Assembly (NCBI GenBank): GCA_048940445.1
Contig: JBHLON010000002.1
Span: 1 to 64,000, forward strand
Length of the DNA stretch: 64,000 nucleotides
Direction of reading: 5' to 3'
DNA from: Promethearchaeota archaeon
GTDB lineage: Archaea > Asgardarchaeota > Lokiarchaeia > Sigyniarchaeales > SOKP01
Shown piece after piece: positions 58,398 to 64,000 of this stretch. Every line of letters begins with the position of its first letter. Within the stretch, counting starts at the first letter, position 1. Made by a program: the position numbers and the translations under genes. The notes beneath the pieces are model-generated. The model did not search any database, was not told the origin of the DNA, and worked only from the letters and a program-made list of their open reading frames with translations.

Positions 58398-60311
58398 TTA
58401 TAAAATATGAGTTTTCCATTCTTCAATATTAATCATAATTTCTCTTACGTTATCAGGAGTTAAGAGATTTAATTGTTCTTTATATTTATTTATCATACTA
58501 CGTAATTTATGGAGGGTAACCGAAAATCCTTTAGTTTCTAAAATTAAATCTGCAACTTTTTGCAATTCAATGCTAAATTCTTCCCCTTTCAAAGTACCTA
58601 ATTTTTGGATTAAAATATTAAATGCATTATTAATCAACATGGATGACTCATCTAGCGCTTTAGGTGTTACTTTTGATATGAATTCAGAATGTTGCTGAAC
58701 TTGTTGAGGTAAATTTGTCTCTGCCGTGTAATTGAGGGGAATTTCTTGAGGTGGTTGCGCTTTAGGCATCCTTCCATAATTTGGGTGATCGTCTTGAACA
58801 TCTAAAGCCTTGGGAAGAATATTTACATTTGTAACATCTGTTTTTATAGGTTTTGTAGTTGAAAAATATTTTGGAGCTTGGTGTAATTCATTAACTGCCT
58901 TTGTCCAAAATGAATCTATGATGGGGTTTAATAATTCTATGAAAGGTTTATAATTTGTTCCAATTCCTATGAAATTATTGAGTTTATCTTTCGATTCAGT
59001 TACGCTAATACCTATGATTAAATAGTTGGTATTTGATTTTACTATAAATAGATTATCATTTTTAAGAGTTCGATATTCAAAATTTTGAATTTCTTTTAAT
59101 TTCCTAACACTACTATTAGTAAAAGCCTCTGAGGATGCTACCTTTACCTTTACGTTTCGGGATACTGGTTTGAACTCTTCAAATATTAAATTATCTTCTA
59201 ATTTCGGAATTATTAAAAGAATTTCTGTTTTAGAATTCTTAACTAAATTTTGAACTTCTTCATTTACCTTTAAAATACTATTAACAACCCATAAATTATT
59301 CATTTGTATATTTTCAGGTTTAAAAATTTTTTTAAAATCATTCATTACATTGTTTATCGGATTGCTCAGAGCAGCAACAGAATCTACAGAATTTTTAATA
59401 ACCCTATCAAGATTTTTTATAATGCTCTCCTGGAATTCTTCTAAGTCCCTTGATAACAATTCTTTCTTTTTCTTTATTAAATCGAAAATTGAAGTCATTT
59501 TTAATTCGAAACCATTTATAGTGTTTATTAAAAGCATTTTAAAATCATCCCTAAATTGGAGGCTAGATTCGATAATATTATTTAAAGATTCTATTTTCTT
59601 ATTAATCTCTTCTTCGATATGACCATGTAAATCCTCAGCAAATTTATTTATAGAATTATTTATTTTTTTATTGAATGCATCTTCTACAATCATTTTGACT
59701 TCTTTTTCATACTTTTTAAGGCCCAATAATTCAAGTTCATTAAGTATATCTTTTTTTATATTTAATAGAGTCTTATTTAAAGTTTGAAATTGGCTGTTAA
59801 TTACTTTAATGATAGTTTGATGGAGATCATCTAGAACTTCTTCCATCATTCGGAAATTTTCCATTCCCTTAACGATATCTTCAACTTCTTGCTTTTGAAT
59901 AATTGTTTCTTCCTGAATATCGTTTCTAATATCTTGAGATGCATTAAGGATTGTATTTAATTCAATTAGTTTATTATCTTTAAATAGTTTACTTAAAGAA
60001 TTAGCTAATAATTGGTGTAATTGATTTTTGATACTTCCAAGGTTAGCATTTACGTTAGTTAAGTACTTTACGATTGGATTAAAGGGGGGTAGTACCAAAT
60101 ATTGGGTTATATCCCCTCCTCTTTGAGGAGTTATTGATAATAATAGACCTGCAGCCTCTAATTCTTTGATTACTTTTAGAAATTCTTGTTGGGAGATTAT
60201 AGGTATTAATGAATACAATTCATTTGAAGATAAAGGTTTTCTACCTAATGAATCAATGTAAATTTTTATAGCGTACTCTGAGAGCTGAATTTGTTTTAAA
60301 AATTCCTCCAT
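58398..60311 (-). CDS. TrmB-like wHTH, long helical rod and PLD-like domain protein
   Basis: N-terminal LSEYAIKIY...LSSNEL wHTH; about 250-aa amphipathic helical region; LVKNSKTEILLIIP PLD-like start; C-terminal helical domain. Confidence 0.72.
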   Translation of the reverse strand: MEEFLKQIQLSEYAIKIYIDSLGRKPLSSNELYSLIPIISQQEFLKVIKELEAAGLLLSITPQRGGDITQYLVLPPFNPIVKYLTNVNANLGSIKNQLHQLLANSLSKLFKDNKLIELNTILNASQDIRNDIQEETIIQKQEVEDIVKGMENFRMMEEVLDDLHQTIIKVINSQFQTLNKTLLNIKKDILNELELLGLKKYEKEVKMIVEDAFNKKINNSINKFAEDLHGHIEEEINKKIESLNNIIESSLQFRDDFKMLLINTINGFELKMTSIFDLIKKKKELLSRDLEEFQESIIKNLDRVIKNSVDSVAALSNPINNVMNDFKKIFKPENIQMNNLWVVNSILKVNEEVQNLVKNSKTEILLIIPKLEDNLIFEEFKPVSRNVKVKVASSEAFTNSSVRKLKEIQNFEYRTLKNDNLFIVKSNTNYLIIGISVTESKDKLNNFIGIGTNYKPFIELLNPIIDSFWTKAVNELHQAPKYFSTTKPIKTDVTNVNILPKALDVQDDHPNYGRMPKAQPPQEIPLNYTAETNLPQQVQQHSEFISKVTPKALDESSMLINNAFNILIQKLGTLKGEEFSIELQKVADLILETKGFSVTLHKLRSMINKYKEQLNLLTPDNVREIMINIEEWKTHIL

Positions 60312-60465
60312 ATTAATACACTTATTATTCTCTTAGTTCTAATTATCAATCTCACTTACATTAATAAGTAATATCAAATTTTACTTTTTAAAACTTTGGA
60401 AGAAAAAAATATTTAAAAAATTAAAATCTTAAACTAAATTAAAACGAATTTAAGTTTATAATTTT

Positions 60466-61659
60466 ATGAAAACACTTTATGAAGAAATTTATTTCTATTT
60501 AGATCTAACAAAAGATCTGATAAAAAAAAAAGATCTGATAAAGGCAATTAAATTTTACATCTCTGAGAAAAATAAAAGTAATCTCAAAGGACACTATGGG
60601 TTATTAATTTTTCAAGAAGAAGGTAATCCAATATTCATTATTGAAAAAAAAGATTCTAATATTATAACGAATGCCATAGAAGAAAATTGGAAATCACGCC
60701 CTAAGAAAAAGTCTTATTTCGAAAACGGTCTATTCTATATTTTTTCTTATATTGCGGAAACTGTGAGAAAGAAGTCAAAGATGAATAGAATAATTGTAAT
60801 AACTGATACCCCCAGTGATTTATCTGAAGATTATACTGAAGCTCTTTTCAATTTAATCTCAAAAATCAAAACATTCCCTACTTTTATTGATATTGTTCGA
60901 ATATCTAAACAAGATGAAAGATTTTTTAAAGATGATGTGAAATTGAATATCTTAGCGAGCGATACTAAAGGAAGCATTTTTTATGTACATGATAAAAATA
61001 GTTTTTTTGATATTATAGAACATCTAATCGAATCCAAACAAATGACTTTAACTGAACAGAATAAGCTTAAAATTAAAAAAGAGGATTATAAATTTTATTC
61101 CAAGTTAGCTAAAGATTTAATACACCCTTCTGAAAGATTCACAGAAGTAAAATGTTATTTATGTCATGAAGCTATCTGCCCTGTTTGTACTGATATATTT
61201 GACATCCCAAATTATTGTGAAAATTGTGGTAGTGCTTTTCATAACTGTTGCATTACAAATTTTACAATTCAAAACAATATTGGTATCCCTCATATTTTCA
61301 GATGTCCAAAATGTGATGTTCTATTAAAGATCAAACAAGATGAGATAGTTGAATTGAAAGATGATAGGACAAAATCGGTTGAACAATATATTGAGAGTGA
61401 GTTTACTGGTTTAAAACCTGAGGTTGTAGAATCAAAGAGTCACCTAAAACGAGTTAAAGTCGGTGGTTTTTTCGGGAAGTTTTATTCTGTAAAAAAGGAA
61501 GCCGATAAACTGGTTTATAAAAAAATCTCTCATAAACCTCAAACCTACCTAAAAAGTAAAAATGGGAGTACCTTTACTATTTGTCCTGAATGTAATACTC
61601 AAATAAAGGGAACTAAAGAGCATTTTAAGCATTGTCCTTATTGTGGGCATAAATTTTGA
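60466..61659 (+). CDS. vWA-like domain, C4HC3 RING/PHD-like finger and zinc ribbon protein
   Basis: FYLD, YGLLIF, IIVITD, IDIVRI, LASDTKG (vWA strands); CxxC..CxxC..CxxCx4HxxC..CxxC; terminal CPEC/CPYC. Confidence 0.75.
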   Translation: MKTLYEEIYFYLDLTKDLIKKKDLIKAIKFYISEKNKSNLKGHYGLLIFQEEGNPIFIIEKKDSNIITNAIEENWKSRPKKKSYFENGLFYIFSYIAETVRKKSKMNRIIVITDTPSDLSEDYTEALFNLISKIKTFPTFIDIVRISKQDERFFKDDVKLNILASDTKGSIFYVHDKNSFFDIIEHLIESKQMTLTEQNKLKIKKEDYKFYSKLAKDLIHPSERFTEVKCYLCHEAICPVCTDIFDIPNYCENCGSAFHNCCITNFTIQNNIGIPHIFRCPKCDVLLKIKQDEIVELKDDRTKSVEQYIESEFTGLKPEVVESKSHLKRVKVGGFFGKFYSVKKEADKLVYKKISHKPQTYLKSKNGSTFTICPECNTQIKGTKEHFKHCPYCGHKF

Positions 61660-61807
61660 CATAATTTCATTTAATTTCGGGAAGAGATACACTATTTTTT
61701 AAAAAAATATAGAATAAGATAAGATCAATAAAAATAAATAAAAATTCTATTATTATTTTATATAAACTAATAACTTTTTTACGTAATTTTTTTTAATTGG
61801 TGTTGAG

Positions 61808-63109
61808 ATGTTTGGGAAAGCTTCGGTTAATTCAGAAGAATTCATATTCTACATTGATCTTTTATCGGATTTCTTAAAAAAGAAGGTATTAACGAGAGCT
61901 ATTAACATATTTATTAAAGATAGAGAAAAATTTAATAGTTTAAGTTCATATGGGATAATTTTATTCCAAGAAAAGGGGGCTCCTGTGACTTTATATGATC
62001 AAAAAGGAGCAGATCCATTAGTCAAGACTATAGAAGAATATTGGGACAGTCGAGAAATTAATATGAGTTATCTGGAAAATGGCTTATTCGAAATCTTATC
62101 ATACGTATTTAGGAAAATCAGGACAGCTAGGAAAAATTATAGAATAATTATAATATCTGATACACCAAGTTCTCTTTCTGAAGAATATCATAATGCATTA
62201 TATGATTTATTATTAAAAGCTAGAAAATTTGACACATTTATTGATATTATTAGATTGGGGGACCAGAAATTTTATGATGATGATGTAAAGTTAAAAGTAA
62301 TTGTTTCAGAAACTCATGGTGGTGTATTTTACTGCAATGATGCTAAATTATTTCAAAATATTTTAGGGTCTTTAATTCAGAGTAAGACAGAATTTAATGT
62401 TATCCACTCAAATGAAACAGAACAAATACTTAAAGAAGATAAATTATTCTATGAAAAACTTGCAGTAGATTTAATATCTTTAGGTTCTGATGAATCAGAA
62501 AAATGTGATATCTGTGAACAAGATTTATGTCCAATATGTGAAGCTTATTCTGACGAAATCCATAAATGCTTTAATTGTAATGCTAAATATCACGCATGTT
62601 GTGGAGCAGAATATTCAATTGCTAATAATATTGGATTTAAACATTTATTTAGATGCGTAAAGTGTGACACTCTATTGAAATTGGATGAGGATTTTGTAAA
62701 TTTAATCTATCAAGAGAATCATGCAGAACAAATAGAAGTTGATTATGAGGAGCAATATATTGAAGAAATTAATGTTCAATCTACCGAGAAACTAGCTAAT
62801 GACGTTCCAATAGAACAAATTGTGCGTGAAAGTGAACCCAATTATAAAAAAGTCCGAGTAGGTGGATATTTCGGCCCAGAAATTATTATCGAAACAAAAA
62901 ATGGTAATAAACCAAAAATATTAGAGCCTATGACAAATCCTGTAATAAGAGATTCTGAAGACTCTGAAACATCTACATTAATGCAAGAAAAAATATCTAT
63001 TACGTCATTAAGGCCTCCTAAGAGAAAAACAATCAATCTGTGTAGAATATGTGGCACAACTCTTAGAAATACTTCTATTTGCCCAAATTGTGGAGCAAGA
63101 GTTGATTAA
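61808..63109 (+). CDS. vWA-like domain, C4HC3 RING/PHD-like finger and zinc ribbon protein (paralog of 60466..61659)
   Basis: Same domain order and Cys/His spacing; shared ENGL, DTPS.LSE.Y, DDVKL, NNIG..H.FRC. Confidence 0.75.
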   Translation: MFGKASVNSEEFIFYIDLLSDFLKKKVLTRAINIFIKDREKFNSLSSYGIILFQEKGAPVTLYDQKGADPLVKTIEEYWDSREINMSYLENGLFEILSYVFRKIRTARKNYRIIIISDTPSSLSEEYHNALYDLLLKARKFDTFIDIIRLGDQKFYDDDVKLKVIVSETHGGVFYCNDAKLFQNILGSLIQSKTEFNVIHSNETEQILKEDKLFYEKLAVDLISLGSDESEKCDICEQDLCPICEAYSDEIHKCFNCNAKYHACCGAEYSIANNIGFKHLFRCVKCDTLLKLDEDFVNLIYQENHAEQIEVDYEEQYIEEINVQSTEKLANDVPIEQIVRESEPNYKKVRVGGYFGPEIIIETKNGNKPKILEPMTNPVIRDSEDSETSTLMQEKISITSLRPPKRKTINLCRICGTTLRNTSICPNCGARVD

Positions 63110-63183
63110 ATGTTTTTCTACCTAATTAAAAGATTTAATTTTATCGTATTTTTATTTATTATTAGAAAAATATAAAATTAGAT

Positions 63184-63720
63184 ATGGAAAATACAAATAA
63201 TATTCATTCTTTGATTAGGAAATTTGATTTTGATGACCTTAAATTCATAATAGAAAATAGTCAGGATGAGAATCTAAGAGTTAAATGTATAATACGCATT
63301 AAGAATTTAGGTTTAAGAAACGAAAATTCATTTCATTTTTTGGAACGTTTATTGATTTGCGATTCAAGCGAATCTATAAGAAGAATTGCATTTAAGTCAT
63401 TAATTCTTCTTAATTCCAATAAAGTTGTTAAAACAATTCTCCATGCGATTCTTAATGAGTCTGGAACGTTTTTAATAGATTTAATCGAATTTTTATTTAG
63501 AATTAATCCTTTTTTATGTAAACATATATTAATAAAAAAAATACAAGATATAGAAAAAAAAACACCCCAAATTTTATTCAAAAATATACATCCAAGAAAG
63601 TTACATCTTTATCAATTAAAAGAGCTCTTATATAATTATCAGTTAAATAATTCTTTAGAACGTCTCTACTTTCATAGACATTCAGTCCCTATAGCTCTCG
63701 ATCTTTATGGAATAGAATAA
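63184..63720 (+). CDS. HEAT-repeat-containing protein
   Basis: DENLRVKCI, DSSESIRRIA. Confidence 0.65.
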   Translation: MENTNNIHSLIRKFDFDDLKFIIENSQDENLRVKCIIRIKNLGLRNENSFHFLERLLICDSSESIRRIAFKSLILLNSNKVVKTILHAILNESGTFLIDLIEFLFRINPFLCKHILIKKIQDIEKKTPQILFKNIHPRKLHLYQLKELLYNYQLNNSLERLYFHRHSVPIALDLYGIE

Positions 63721-63732
63721 AATAATACAATA

Positions 63733-64000
63733 ATGATTTTAATGAAAGCCAAAAACCATTATTTCAGCCCAACTATCTCGAAAATTAGTATGTTTTTATC
63801 GGGTATTTTTATGGGGAATGTGGGATTATTTATAACTTTTTTATCAAACTTTTCAATTTATACTATTGTATTGCTTAGAGGTATATTTGGGACTCTCTTT
63901 TTAACACTCTTTATGTTAATTTCAAAATCTTTATCAAAAGAATTTTTAAAGCAAAGTTTTAAAATGCATTGGAAGTATTTACTTCTTTTAGGTATAACCA
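63733..64000 (+). CDS. DMT/EamA family transporter, 5' part (runs off window end)
   Basis: Open frame MILMKAKNHYFSPTISKISMFLSGIFMGNVGLFITFL...IVLLRGIFG...LLLLGIT with no stop before 64000. Confidence 0.7.
   Translation, partial: MILMKAKNHYFSPTISKISMFLSGIFMGNVGLFITFLSNFSIYTIVLLRGIFGTLFLTLFMLISKSLSKEFLKQSFKMHWKYLLLLGIT

Noticed and set aside
1019-63581. Numerous short antisense or overlapping ORFs in the track (e.g. 1019..1204, 3140..3364, 8501..8878, 20476..20832, 47145..47495, 54942..55298)
   Set aside because: Shadow ORFs of well-supported genes, with no motifs and Phe/Ser/Leu-biased composition
1-64000. CRISPR array, tRNA, rRNA, transposase or integrase
   Set aside because: No regularly spaced repeats, cloverleaf motifs, rRNA-like GC-rich stretch or transposase motifs seen by eye; an intron-split tRNA could have been missed

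Overview
AT-rich, densely coding archaeal chromosome segment. It is most consistent with an Asgard archaeon (Lokiarchaeia-like), because it carries many eukaryotic-signature-type genes: three MPN/JAMM proteins, a tandem roadblock protein, a longin/winged-helix protein, MglA-like and Rab-like small GTPases, a gelsolin-domain protein, a LURP-one/scramblase protein and two vWA-RING-like proteins. It also carries HdrA-MvhD, HdrC and HdrB. Housekeeping and accessory genes include a beta-CASP ribonuclease, IscU, a CopA P1B-ATPase, a chelatase-type AAA+/vWA protein, an ATP-grasp enzyme, a SIR2-TPR protein, lipid-recycling genes (PAP2, GDPD, DedA), two secreted HExxH metalloproteases, an orphan N6-adenine methyltransferase, FbaB and a PssA-like enzyme. 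I recognised no rRNA, tRNA, CRISPR array or transposase. The best candidate for an undescribed system is the 7.9-15.4 kb locus. There, a catalytically intact MPN+ gene is co-transcribed with a catalytically degenerate MPN- paralog, both with long helical tails as in Rpn11/Rpn8, CSN5/CSN6 and BRCC36/Abraxas. The locus also has a third MPN+ gene and a polytopic membrane protein with duplicated winged-helix-like domains. Other highlights not visible in the ORF track are a 55-aa duplicated Cys/His/Met microprotein after copA, a cluster of structured non-coding elements at 38.3-42.1 kb, and apparent non-canonical initiation of hdrA (CTG) and iscU (ATT). All assignments come from motif recognition by eye; no database search or folding program was run.
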